Source of the DNA: Mobula hypostoma
Lineage: Eukaryota
Assembly (NCBI RefSeq): GCF_963921235.1
Contig: NC_086097.1
Span: 254,264,001 to 254,328,000, forward strand
Direction of reading: 5' to 3'
DNA: 64,000 bases
The notes beneath the pieces are model-generated. The model made no database searches. It was not told the DNA's origin and worked only from the letters and a program-made list of their open reading frames with translations. This document shows positions 39,166 to 51,809 of this stretch, one piece after another (the stretch's first letter is position 1; each line of letters opens with the position of its first letter). The translations under genes and the position numbers were made by a program.

Positions 39166-39296
39166 ATCATTTTGCATGGTTTTACTAGAAGTGATAGTTT
39201 GTGTGTAAACATCTTGTCCATTTCGTGCATCCTCTGAGAAAGAACTATTTAAAAGTAAACATTTCAGAGCCTAAATGGCTATGTATATATTTTCAG

Positions 39297-39351
39297 ACAC
39301 CAACATGCTCCACCTCGAGCTGGAGTTAGAGTCTGCAGCTGCCCGCATTCT
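39297..39351 (+). CDS. Candidate exon C
   Basis: Acceptor attttcag, donor CT|gtatgt, GC-richer than flanks; reads TNMLHLELELESAAARI. Confidence 0.4.
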
Positions 39352-39614
39352 GTATGTTTATCTGTTTCGAATGATGTAATGGAAAGATGTCAGGATAAAA
39401 TCCACTATAAAGTATAGGCTGCATGCCTCATTCGTTCTATGGAGGAGGCTGCTTTTGTAATGAATACCAACAAGAATAGAGGAAATAGTTTTACATTTAA
39501 CAGGAAGGTACACTAAACTGGAGGTTATCAATAATTTAAAAAGCTTTAAATAACTTACAGTCTAAGAAAGAATGTACTGACATTGGAGAGGGTCTAGAGC
39601 TGTGGAGGCCAAGT

Positions 39615-40035
39615 CATTGAATTCCACAGATTCACCACCCTCTGGCTGAAAACAAAATTCCTCTTCATCTCTGCTCTAAATGGACATCCCTATATTCTGA
39701 AGCTGTGCCCTCCAGTCAAAAACTTCCCTACTATAGGAAACATCCTCTCCACATCCACTCTATCTCGGCCTTTCAATGTTTGATAGGTTCAATGTTTTCC
39801 CCTCCCGTTCTTCTAAATCCCAGCAAGTACAGACCCAGTGCATCAGGTCATCAAATGCTCCTCAAATATTTTACCCTTTCATTTCTGGACTCGTTCTCAT
39901 GAACGACCTGTGGACCTTCTTCCATGTCAGCACATACTTTTGTAGATAAGGGGCCCAAAACTGTTCACAATTCTATGAGTGTGATCTGATCAATGCCTTA
40001 TGAAGTCTCAGCATTATATCCTTACTTTTATATCA
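39615..40035 (-). mobile_element. Degraded CR1 3' fragment
   Basis: Similar to the other minus-strand CR1 C-terminal regions in the window. Confidence 0.75.
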
Positions 40036-40229
40036 TAATAGCAACTTCACAAAATAGACCTTTCATAGGTGTAAAATACACAACACACTTCAGAGGAGCT
40101 TTGTAAAAAGAATTGGAACCAAGCCACATAACTATTGTCAGAACCAGAATCAGGTTTAATATCACTGGCATATGTTGTGAAACTTGCTTTCTGGCAGCAG
40201 TACAGCGCAATACGTAATAAAAACTATAG

Positions 40230-40410
40230 ATTACTTCATTCCCTCCTCCCTCACCACCCACCTATCACCTTCCCATCACACCACCTTTTTATTCTGGTGT
40301 CTTTTACCCCTTTCTTTCCAGTCCTGAAGAAGGGTCATCAACTGTTCATTCCTTTCCGTAGATGCTGCCTGAGCAGCTGAGATTCTCCAGCATTCTTTGT
40401 GTGTTTGGCT
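40230..40410 (+). mobile_element. Penelope-like terminal fragment
   Basis: ccagtcCTGAAGAAGGGTC...GATGCTGCC...CTCCAGCATT. Confidence 0.65.
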
Positions 40411-40594
40411 TGGTTGTAATTTTGCTTATGACTATTAGTTACTTTTTGGCTATGAATGTTGCCTTGATTTTCTTTAGTGTAATAGAACTAAGTTGATACG
40501 TTATAGAAGTGTGTCGTTAAATATTACATATTATGATACTGTTCTAGACTACTGCTTTATCCCCATGAGATGTATTGCAGATAGAGACATAGTA

Positions 40595-41220
40595 CTTACT
40601 TACTTCCCGTTATGCTTCTGCCATCTAGGACTCCTTCCCTGGTGGGTGTTTAGGGCTTCCTTCATCGTGCCAGTGATTTCCCCTCCATTTTCACCGCTGT
40701 CAGTCCTGCAATCCCGGGTGGAGACTCAGGATCACCATTGCACTCAGATGTAGGATCCTTCATTGCTGTTTCCTGAACAGTCTTATTGTTTTTATTTTAT
40801 ATATTTAGTGATACAGCGAGGAATAAGCCCTCCAGGCCCTGTGCGCCATACCCTCCAGCACCCTCCAAAAGCCCCATTTAATCCTGACCCAATCACGGGA
40901 CACTTTACAATGACCGATTAAACAGTCTTTGTGGTGGAAAACCCACACATTCCACAGGAATGCCTCGAGCTATAATACATTGTGCTGGCCACTACGCTAC
41001 CATGGTGCCTAGTGAGGGTTGTTAGCCCTGAGCTGAACCCTCGAACCTGGAGGATCAGTGAAGAGCTCTTAATCTGGCTTCTACCCTGTGATCTGTTTGG
41101 TATGGGTGACCTTACCAAGAGCCAAAGCATAAAGCCTCGACTCCAACCAGCATAACTCTGTGGGTCATTGAGGCACACAAGCATCCAAACCGTATGTCAA
41201 GGTTGTGGTTATCTTGGAGG
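40595..41220 (-). mobile_element. Probable non-autonomous RTE-related element with a V-SINE nested at ~40790-41010
   Basis: (AAGT)n-type tail, non-coding body; the inner piece resembles the other SINEs. Confidence 0.5.
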
Positions 41221-41430
41221 ATATAGTCACAGAGTCATAGAATACTACCCCTGGTATGGAAACACCAGTGCCTATGAATGGGAAAACCAACAAAAAGTAG
41301 TGGATATGGCCCAGTCCATCACAGGTAAAGCCCTCCCTACCATTGAGTATATCTACACGAAGCTTTGATGCAGGAAAGCAGCATCCATTATCAACCATCC
41401 CCACCATCCAGGCCATTCTGTCTTCTTGCT

Positions 41431-41842
41431 ACTGCCTAGTTTCATCGATCTGCATCGGGACCATAGCCCTCCATACCCCTCCCATCCATGTACTTTTCTC
41501 TTAAATGTTGCAATGAAATCCGTATTCACCACTTCCGCTGGTAGCTGGTTCCATTCTCTCACCATCTTCTGGGTGAAGAAATTTCTCCTCATGATCCCCT
41601 TAAATGTTTCACCTTTCACCCGCAACCCACGACCTCTTGTTCTAGTCTCACCCAACTTCAGTTAAAAAAGCCCGCTTGCATTTAATCATAATTTTGTGTA
41701 CCTCTATCAAATCTTCTCTTATTCTCCTGTGCTCCAGATAATAAAGTCCTAACCTTTTCACTCTTTACCTGTAACTCAGATCCTCAAGTCCTGACAACAT
41801 CCTTGTAAATTTTCTCTGTACTCTTTCAATCTTATTGATATC
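41431..41842 (-). mobile_element. CR1 3' fragment directly downstream of the tRNA-Tyr pseudogene
   Basis: Begins at DINKIERVQR; GETRTRGRGLRV...FFTQKMVREWNQLP. Confidence 0.9.
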
Positions 41843-41854
41843 AAGAAGAGCTTT

Positions 41855-41947
41855 TCCTTTGAGCTGGAGGCTGGAGTTGAATCAGTGACCTAAGGATGTC
41901 TCCATTTCCTCTACAGTCCTCTGCTCTACCAACTGAGCTATTGAAGG
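41855..41947 (-). pseudogene. tRNA-Tyr(GTA) pseudogene with 13-nt intron
   Basis: CCTTCAATAGCTCAGTTGGTAGAGCAGAGGACTGTAG-[AGGAAATGGAGAC]-ATCCTTAGGTCACTGATTCAACTCCAGC-CTCCAGC-TCAAAGGA; CpG-type decay and a 7-bp duplication. Confidence 0.9.
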
Positions 41948-43175
41948 AAAGTTATGTTTCCTTAAATTAAGGATTCTGGTCTGTGGATTAACAAGATGTT
42001 AGTCTTACCACTAGACTTTGGTCTAAATCAAGGGGCAAGTGATCAAATGGAAGTGTTGATCCTTCCAGAATTGGAAGCCCTGTAGGTATTAGGGTACAGC
42101 CATTAGTGGAGTGACCTTTTTCCCAACATGACTCAGCCAACCTTTTTCAAAGTTAAAAGTTTTATTTCAAAGTTCAAAGATTTATTACGAAAGTAGGCAT
42201 AAGCCAACATATACTATCATGAGATTCGTTCCATGGAGAAAGCCCGTGAGATTTGGTTGGTAGGTTAATTGGTCATTGTAAATTGTCCTGTGATTAGGCT
42301 AGGGTTAAGTAGAGTTGCTGGTGGCATGGCTCAAAGGGCCAGAAGGGCCAGTTCCGCATTGTATCTTTAAATAAATAATTACCACTCTGGCTAACTAGTT
42401 GCATAATTTTGTTTTATTATTGCAGTAACAATATTATAGCTTGAGTTTGCAAATTTTTATTTATGATTGCTAAATACTTTCCTTATGGTGAATCCTGCTA
42501 CAAACCTAGATAATTATATCATCGTTATTGTGTCTAATTATTGCTACCTGCCCATCTCTTCTAGCGAATGTTACAGTAGATTGGATTATTAAGCTCTTGC
42601 CTTTTCCATTAAAGATAGAAATAAACACATTATTAATGGTTAGTAGGGAATGAGTTAAAAGCTGGAATGGAGTCGCTAGGTACTCCAGAGACTCTGATGT
42701 CATATGAAGTTGGAATCTAAAGCCGAACTCATTACCCATTTCACTCCCTATAATTCTGGCTGAAATAACTTAAAAACAGGAAATTATTGTGCTGAAGTTC
42801 TGTAATTACAGAATGCAATTTTTCTCATTTGAGATTTTAAACAAACATAATTTGTACTCTCTGGGTATTTATACATCAAGTATAACTGGATGATGTCATT
42901 GGCAAAAGGTAACTAGACACCTAAAGCTGCTGGGGTTAGGCCGTACAGTCAAAATACAAAAATTTTGAAGTACTGATTCAGTAAAATTTCAATAGGCACA
43001 TTGATGGCAAAAATATGGAGGGTTATGTAGGAGGGAAGGGTTAGATTTATCTTTCGTCATTCAAAGTATATTTATTATCAAAGTACAAAGAGATTCATTT
43101 TCTTGTAGGTATTTGCAATAAATACAAAGAAAAAATAATAATAAATCAGCAGTAACTAGTGATAAAATGAGATGA

Positions 43176-43985
43176 ATAGATAGATAGATATACTTTATTA
43201 ATCCCGAGGGAAATTTGGTTTCGTTACAGCCGCACCAACCGAGAATAGAGCGTAAATATAGCAATACAAAAAACCCCAACAATCAAACACTAAAATGCAA
43301 ACTATGCCAGATGGAAAGTAAGTCCAGGACCAGTTTATTGGCTCAGGGTGTCTGACCCTCCACGGGAGGAGCTGCAAGTTCCATGGCCACAGGCAGGAAC
43401 GACCTCCCGTGCCGCCAAGTGTTGTATCACGGTTGAATGTGGCCAAAGTCCAACAGTAAAAAGTTCAATATCCAGTCTGCAAACACGTTCCTCGATCGTA
43501 ATATACCCCAGATTGCACCATCCGTTGTTAACCAGAACAGTAAGCACCGAACTCCTTTACGCTTACTGCTCTCAGTGCACTTCCGGTCAGCCGGAACGGT
43601 ATTAAACACCGAACTCCTCTTCTCCAAAAGTCTCTGTTGTCTCGACCCGTTCTTCTTTCCTCGGCTTTGTGATCCCCCTCTGTGTGTTTTCCTCCGATTT
43701 TCAGCAGGGGTGTCCACCGCTCTGTTCGCTAAGCCGGCCGGTATTTGCTGGTCCGTGAAATACACAATGCGACCTTGCTTCCGTCCCACCTGTCAGGATG
43801 TAACCATTTCCAGCGCTAAAGAAAACCCAAATAAGACTCTCTCTACCGGCATGTTAGAGAGGGTGCAGCATCGACATGTTACCGTGAGAAAAAAAATACA
43901 AAAAATAAGGTAAATTAAAAAGTAAGAAGAAGAAAGTAAGAATAGATCGGAACGGCTGCACCAGGCTGCATGCACGAGCGGCGGA
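43176..43985 (-). mobile_element. Internally deleted (bipartite) Rex1-like element
   Basis: Endonuclease remnant VLVNNGWCNLGYITIEERVCRLDIELFTVGL joined at ~43438 to the 3' end shared with 28351-28570; (ATCT)n tail. Confidence 0.75.
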
Positions 43986-44159
43986 AGAGTCCTTGACAGC
44001 GAGCCCATATTCAGAGGGAGCAGTTCGGTGGCTGGGGTGAGTGAATTTGAGTGATGTTATCACCTCTGGCTCAGAAGCATGATGGTTGAGGGGGTAGAAC
44101 TGTTCCTGAATCTGGTGCTGTGAGTCCTGAAGCTCCTGTACCACCTTCCTGACCCAACC

Positions 44160-44870
44160 ATTACTGGTAGAATCTCAGACGGAGGTGAGAAGGGCGAGAT
44201 ATACCAGCTAGTTGAGTAGTGTCGCAGAAGCAACCTTGCACTCAACATCAGTAATACAAAAGAGCTGATCGTGCATTTCGGGAAAGGTAAGATGAGGGAA
44301 CATGAACCAATCCTTATAGAGGGATCTGAAACAGAGAGAGCCATTTCAAGTTCCTGGGAGTCAAGATCTCTGAGGATCTAACCTGGTGCCAACATATTGA
44401 TGCAGCTATAAAGAAGGCAAGACAGCAGGCTATATTTCATTAGGAGTTTGAAGAAATTTGGTTTGTCACCTGAATCATTGGAAAACGTGTACAGGTGTAC
44501 CATAGACAGCATTCTGACAGGTTGCATCACTTTCTGGTATGGGGGGCGGGGCAGGACTGAAAGGAGCTGCAGAAAATAGTAAAGTTAGTCAGTTCCATCT
44601 TGGGTAATTCCCTGCATAGTATCCAAGACATCTTCAATGAGCAGTGCCTCAGAAAGGTGGCTACCATTATTAAGGGCCCCAATACCTAGGACATGCCCCC
44701 TTCTCATTGATACTGTCAGGAAGGAGCTAGAGAAGTCTGAAGACACACTCAGTGATTCAGAAACGGCTTTTAATCCCCTGGACATTGAACCGATGAACAC
44801 TACCTCACTTTTTCTTTATATATTGTTTCTGTTTTGCACTATTTTTACTCAAACTATTGAATAAACATAT
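44160..44870 (+). mobile_element. Degraded Rex1/Babar-like 3' fragment
   Basis: Matches the reverse complement of 62680-63280 (LNISNTKELIV, FKFLGVKISEDLTW). Confidence 0.8.
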
Positions 44871-44873
44871 ATA

Positions 44874-47800
44874 CAGTGACTATAAAAAGTATTCACTCCC
44901 TCCCCCAGAAGTTTTCATGTCTTATTGTTTTACAACATTGATTCACAGTGGATTTAATTTGGCTTTTTTGATACTGACCAACAGAAAAGACTCTTTGGTG
45001 TCAAAGTGAAAACAAATTTCTACAAATTGGTCTAAATTTATTACCATTCTTAAACACAAAATAATTGCTTGCATAATTACATACCCTCTTCCAGTCAGTA
45101 TTGAGTAGATCCGTCTTTGACAGCAATTGCAGCCTTGAGTCTGTGTGGATAGGTCTCCATCAGATTTGCACACCTGGGCACTGCAATTTTTCTCCATTCT
45201 TCTTCATAAAATGGCTCAAGCTCTGTCAGGTTGCATATGCATTGTGAGTGTAAAGCCCTTTTCAAGTCCAACCACAAATTTTCAATTGGATTGAGGCCTG
45301 GACTCTGACTTGGTCACTCCAGGACATTAACTTTGGTGTTTTTAAGCCATTCCTGTGTAGCGTTGGCTTTATGCTTGGGCTCATTGTCGTGCTGGAAAAC
45401 AAATCTTCTCCCAAGTCACAAAGAAACATAGAATCATAGAAAACCTACAGCACAACACTGGCCCTTCGGTCCACGATGCTATGCCAAACACGTACTTACT
45501 TCACTCAATCTATTCTCATAGGGCATGCTCCCCAATACAGACAACATCCCTGTAAATCTCCTCTGCACCCTTTCTATAGTTTAGACATCTTCCTGTAGTG
45601 AAGTGACCAGAACTGAGCACAGTATTCCATGTGAGGTCTGACCAGGGTCCTATAAAGCTGTAACATTACCTCTCAGCTCTTAAATTCAATCCTACGGTTG
45701 ATGAAGGCCAATGCACCATATGCCTTCTTAACCACAGAGTCAACCTGTGCAGCTGCTTTGCGTGTCCTATGGACTCAGACCCCAAGATCTCTCTGATCCT
45801 CCACACAGCCAAGAGTCTTTCCATTAATACTATATTTTGCCATCATATTTGACCTACCAAAATGAACCACCTCTCACTTATCTGGGTTGAACTCCATCTG
45901 CCACTTCTCAGCCCAGTTTTTCATCCTATCAATGTCCCGCTGTAACCTCTGACAACCCTCCACACTATCCACAACACCCCCGACCTTTGTGTCATCAGCA
46001 AATTTACTAACCCATCCCTCCACCTTCTCATCCAGCTTATTAATAAAAACCATTAAGAGAAGGGGTCCCAGTACAGATCGCTGAGGCACACCACTGGTCA
46101 CCAACCTTCATGCAGAATATGCCCATCTACAACTACTCTTTGCCTTCGGTGGACAAGCCAGTTCTGGATCCACAAAGCAATGTCCCCTTGGATCCCATGC
46201 CTCCTTACTTTCTCAATAAGCCTTGCATGGGGTACCTTGTCAAATGCCTTGCTGAAATCCATATACACTACATCTACTGCTCTACCTTCGTCAATGTGTT
46301 TAGTCACATCCTCAAAAAAATTTAAACAGGCTCGTAAGGCACGACCTGCCTTTCACAAAGCCATGCTGACTATTCCTAATCATATTATACCTCTCCAAAT
46401 GTTCACAAATCCTGCCTGTCAGGATCTTCCCCATCAACTTACCAACCACTGAAGACTCACTGGTCCATAATTTCCTGGGCTATTTCTTTTCCCTTTCTTG
46501 AATAAAGGAACAACATCTGCAACCCTCCAATCCTCTGGAACCTCTCCCGCCCCTATTAATAATGCAAAGATCGAAGTCCCACAGTAGCCTTGGGTATATC
46601 TCGTCTGGTCCGGGTGACTTATTGAACTTGATGCTTTCCAAAAGCTCCAGCACATCCCCTTCCTTAATGTCGATATGCTCAAGCTTTTCAGTCTGCTGTA
46701 AGTCATCTGTATAATCACCAAGGTCCTTTTCTGTAGTGAATACTGAAGCAAAGTATGCATTAATTACCTCCACTATCTCCTCCGGTTCCATACACACTTT
46801 TCCACTGTCACACTTGATTGGTCCTATTCTGTCACGTCTTATCCTCTTGCTCTTCACATATTTGTAGAATGCCTTTGGGTTTTCCTTAATCCTGCTCACC
46901 AAGGCCTTTTCATGGCCCCTTCTAGCTCTCGTAATTTCATTCTTAAACTCCTTCCTGCTAGCCTTATAATTTTCTAGATCTCTACCATCCTTTCCCTGTC
47001 TCATTGGAACGTACCTACGCAGAACCCCACGCAAATATCCCCTGAACATTTGCCACATTTCTGCCATACATTTCCCGGCGAACATCGGTTCCCAATTTCT
47101 ACTTCCAAGTTCCTGCCTGATAACTTCATATTTCCCTTACTCCAATTAAACGCTTTCCTAACTTTTCTGTTCCTATCCCTCTCCAATGCTATAGTAAAGG
47201 AGATAGAATTATGATCACTATCTCCAAAATGCTCTCAGAGACCTGACACCTGACCAGGTTCATTTCCCAATACCAGATCAAGTACAGCTTCTCCTCTTGT
47301 AGGCTTATCTACACATTGTGTCAAGAAACCTTCCTGAATACACCTAACAAACTTCATCCCATCTAAACCCCTTGCTCTAGGAAGATGCCAATCAATATTT
47401 GGGAAATTAAAATCTCCCACCATGGGGACCCTGTTATTATTACACCTCTCCAGAATTTGTCTCCCTATCTGCTGCTTGATGTCCCTGTTACTATTGGGTG
47501 GTCACACCCAGTCAAGTTATTGACCCCTTGCTGTTCCTAACTTCCACTCACAGAGACTCCATAGACAATCTCTCCATGACTTCCTCCTTTTCTGCAGCCG
47601 TGACACTATCTCTGATCAGCAGTGCCACGCCCCCACCTCTTTTGCCTCCCTCCCTGTCCTTTCTGAAACATCTAAAGCCTGGCACTCTGAGTAACCATTC
47701 CTGACCTTGAGCCATCCAAGTCTCTGTAATGGCCACAACATCATAGCTCCAAGTACTGATCCACGCTCTAAGCTCATCCACTTTGTTCATGATGCTTCTT

Positions 47801-49112
47801 GCATTAAAATGGACACATCTCAAACCATCAGTCTGAGCGTATCCCTTCTCTATCACCTGCCTACTCTCCCTCTCGCACTGCCAACAAGCTTTCTCTATTT
47901 GTGAGCTAACTGCCCCTTCCTCCATCTCTTCAGTTCAGTTCCCACCCCTCAGCAATCCTAGTTTAAACTCTCCCCAGTAGTCTTAGCAAACCTCCCTGCC
48001 AGGATATTGGTCCCCCTGGGATTCAAGTGTAACACTTGCCCCAAAAGAGGTCCCAATGATCCTCAAGTCTGAATCCCTGCCCCTGCTCCAATCCCTCAGC
48101 CATACATTTATCCTCCACCTCGCTCTATTCCTACACTCACTGTTGAGTTGCACAGGCAGTAATTCTGAGATTACTACCCTTGTGGTGTCCTACTTCTCGG
48201 CTTCTTTCCTAACTCTCTGTACTCTGTTTTCAGGACCTCCTCCCTTTTACCACCTTTTGGTACCAATATGTACCACGACCTCTGGCTGTTCAGGATATTG
48301 TGGGCGCGATCAGAAACATCCTGGGCCCTGGCAACTGGGAGGCAATCTACCATCTGAGTTTCTTTCCTGTGTCCACAGAATCACCTGTCTGACCCCCTAA
48401 CTATAGAGTCCCCTATCACTGATGCCATCCTCTTCCTTTCCCTACCCTTCTGAGCCACAGGGCCAGACTCTGTGCCAGAGGCGTGGCTATTGTTGCTTCC
48501 CCCAGGTAGGCCGTCACCCCCAACAGTACTCAAACAGGAGTACTTATTGTATATGGGGACTGCCACAAGTGTACTCTCTAGTATCTGACTCTTGCAACTT
48601 CCCTTTCCTGACTGTTACCTACTTATCTGTCTCCTGAGGCCCCGGTGTGACTACTTGCCTATAGCTCCTCTCTATCACCTCCTCACTCTCCCAGACCAGA
48701 CGAAGAGTCATAGAGCTGCAACTCCAGTTCCCTAACCCGGTCCCTAAGGAGCTGCAGCTCGATGTTCCAGGTGCAGATGTGGCCGTCCTGTACAGAACAC
48801 TGGCCTCACAGACATACTTCCTATTCCTCACAAGTAGTTTACCTCGCCTTGACCCGTTATCGCCGAAGCCACGTTGAACCAAAGATTTCCAACTCTGTCA
48901 TCCGCTCTATAAAGCTCTTTTCTTTTAAACCCTTCCTGCCAGTCTAACTCGCTGACATCCACGCGCCTGCGCAATCGTGCCTCGATCTCAGTTCTCTTGC
49001 AGACTGTATCAGGTTTCCCTCTAGGATTTCCCTGTATTTTGTTGCATTCTACCTTCACAAACCTTCCAGGGCCTGCTGCAGGGAAGCATGCCCAGCCACC
49101 ACAATGCTTTAC
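44874..49112 (-). mobile_element. Tc1-like DNA transposon remnant (44874-45420 plus 48989-49112)
   Basis: TA|CAGTG end; transposase FQHDNEPKH...E*PSQSPGLNPIENLW...GSTQY*. Confidence 0.9.
45421..48988 (-). mobile_element. Near full-length CR1 with internal deletions: ORF1 (zipper, esterase-like) and ORF2
   Basis: [54 protein letters not shown]. Confidence 0.92.
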
Positions 49113-49677
49113 TTTATTTTATTGTCGCCAAACAATTGATACTAGAACGTGCAATCATCACAGCAATATTTGATGCTGCGCTTCGCGCTCCCTGGAGTAC
49201 AAATCGATAGTAAATAGTAAAAATTTAAATTATAAATCATAAATAGAAAATAGAAAAGGGAAAGTAAGGTAGTGCAAAAAAACCGAGAGGCAGGTCCAGA
49301 TATTTGGAGGGTACGGCCCAATTCCGGGTCAGGATCCGTTCAGCAATCTTATCACAGTGGGAAAGAAGCTGTTCCCAAATCTGGCCGTACGAGTCTTCAA
49401 GCTCCTGAGACTTCTCCCAGAGGGAAGAGGGACTAAAAGTGTGTTGGCTGGGTGGGTCGTGTCCTTGATTATCCTGGCAGCACTGCTCCGACAGCGTGCG
49501 GTGTAAAGTGAGTGCACGTACGGAAGATTGGTTTGTGTGATGTGCTGCATCATGTTCCAGATCTTCTGCAGCTTCTTTCTGTCTTGGACAGGACAACTTC
49601 CATACCAGGTTGTGATGCACCCTAGAAGAATGCTTTCTACAGTGCACCTATAAAAATTAGTGACGGTTTTAGGGGAC
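49113..49677 (-). mobile_element. Rex1/Babar-like 3' fragment
   Basis: FYRCTVESILLGCITTWYG, NSFFPTVIRLLN; AATAAA and AAAGT tail. Confidence 0.9.
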
Positions 49678-50874
49678 CTCAAAACCCACTCCACCAGGTT
49701 CAGACATAGTTACTACCCCTCAACTATCAGGCTTTTGAGCCAGAGGGGGTAACTTCACCCAACTTCGCTTGCCCCATCACTGAAATGTTCCCACAACCTA
49801 TTGATTCACTTTCAAGGACTCTTCATCTCATACACTCCATATTTATTGCTTATTGACATATGATTATTATTTCTTTTTGTCTTTTGCTCACTGGTTGAAC
49901 TCCCAAGTTAGTGTGGTCTTCCATTGATTCTATTATAGTTATTAGTCTATTATAGACTTATTGAGTTGCTTCTGGTGACGTATATGTACCTTGGTAATAA
50001 ATTTCCTTTGGACTTTGAGTCTGCTCCACCATTCTATCATGGCTGATTTATTATCCCTCTCAAACCCATTCTCCTGCTTCTCCCAGTAACCCTGACCAAT
50101 CAAGAACTTATTAATCTACCCATTTTAATTGTATCCAAAAACTTGGATATATGAAAGATGATGACATCTCTATGATGAGGTGTCCTATTGTGTCATGTTC
50201 CAACAGCCAAAATTATTAGACAGAAAGGTAGGTTATTCTGCTCTGAAAGAAATTTGAAGAATTTGAAAGTAGTTAAATGCACAATTGCGAGAAAGAGCCC
50301 TTGCTCTATTCATTACACCAAGCTCTTTCTGAGGGAGAAGATACTGACTTCCAGTACCTTTGTATTTCCAGTACCTAATTTTACTTTTGACCTGTTTAGC
50401 TATTCTACTGTTGTGATCCACACCATGTGGAAACAGTTTGCCTCTGATAAATCCTTCAGCAAATTAAGTGCTCCATTAGATTACCCTTGTCCTCTCTATA
50501 CAGAAAAATAAATGCTCTGCCTAATCAAAAATACAAGAAATTCTTCAGATACAGTACCAGACTCAGGACTCAGGTCTTGGGCTGAAATATCGACTGTTTA
50601 TTCACTTCCATAGATGCTGAGTTTCTGCAGCATTTTTGTGCGTGTTAGTCTGCCTAATCATCCTGTCTCTATGAGTTTGATGGGCACTTGCTGCTGGTTG
50701 ATTACCTATTTCGTCAGCACCTTAATTAATACGAATCGTGGTTCTTTTTGGTGCACTTACAATGATATTGTATCAGCTTATTCCTGACAGCTGTCTTAAC
50801 AGCTTTCAATACCAGTTGTTATTGATGTTTTGCTGTACATGCTTCCCTAGGATTTTTGTTACATATATTTTCTG

Positions 50875-51809
50875 GATTTTTTTGCATTGCAGAACAGGCC
50901 CCTTCTGCCCTTTGAACTGCACCCACCAGAAACCCACCTTTTCAACCCTAGACCCAATCACAGGACAATTTACAATGACCAATTAACCTACTAACAGAAT
51001 GTCCTTGGATACTTTTGGTACATTGGTACATGCTTTTGGTACATTGGCCTTTATTAATCGAAGTATTGAGTATAAGAACTGGAATGTTCTGATGAGGTTG
51101 TATAAGGCATTGGTGAGGCCGAATCTGGAGTATTGTGTTCAGTTTTGGTCACCAAATTACAGGAAGGATATAAATAAGGTTGAAAGAGTGCAGAGAAGGT
51201 TTACAAGGATGTTGCCGGGACTTGAGAAACTCAGTTACAGAGAAAGGTTGAATAGGTTAGGACTTTATTCCCTGGAGCGTAGAAGAATGAGGGGAGATTT
51301 GATAGAGGTATATAAAATTATGATGGGTATAGATAGAGTGAATGCAAGCAGTCTTTTTCCACTGAGGCAAGGGGAGAAAAAAACCAGAGGACATGGGTTA
51401 AGGGTGAGGGGGGAAAAGTTTAAAGGGAACATTAGGGGGGGCTTCTTCACACAGAGAGTGGTGGGAGTATGGAATGAGCTGCCAGACGAGGTGGCAAATG
51501 CGGGTTCTTTTTTAACATTTAAGAATAAATTGGACAGATACATGGATGGGAGGTGTATGGAGGGATATGGTCCGTGTGCAGGTCAGTGGGACTAGGCAGA
51601 AAATGGTTCGGCACAGCCAAGAAGGGCCAAAGGGCCTGTTTCTGTGCTGCAGTTTCTATGGTTTCTATGGTTCTACTGGGAGGAAACTGGAGCACCCAGA
51701 GAAAACGCACAGGGTCATGGAGAGGACGTACAGGTTTCTTACAGATGGCATCGGGATTGGGCTCCGAACTCTGAGCTGTAATAGCATCACTCCAACTGTT
51801 ACACCACCA
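50875..51809 (-). mobile_element. V-SINE split by a CR1 insertion
   Basis: SINE halves at ~50875-51008 and 51676-51809 join at TTTGG(A)|CTGGGAGG. Confidence 0.7.
51012..51675 (+). mobile_element. Young CR1 3' fragment
   Basis: Open frame; near-identical to 33609-34240 in reverse; (TTCTATGG)n tail. Confidence 0.95.

Noticed and set aside
41855..41947. Functional tRNA-Tyr gene
   Set aside because: B box mutated (GATTCAA), 7-bp duplication near the 3' end, CpG decay, no T-run terminator.
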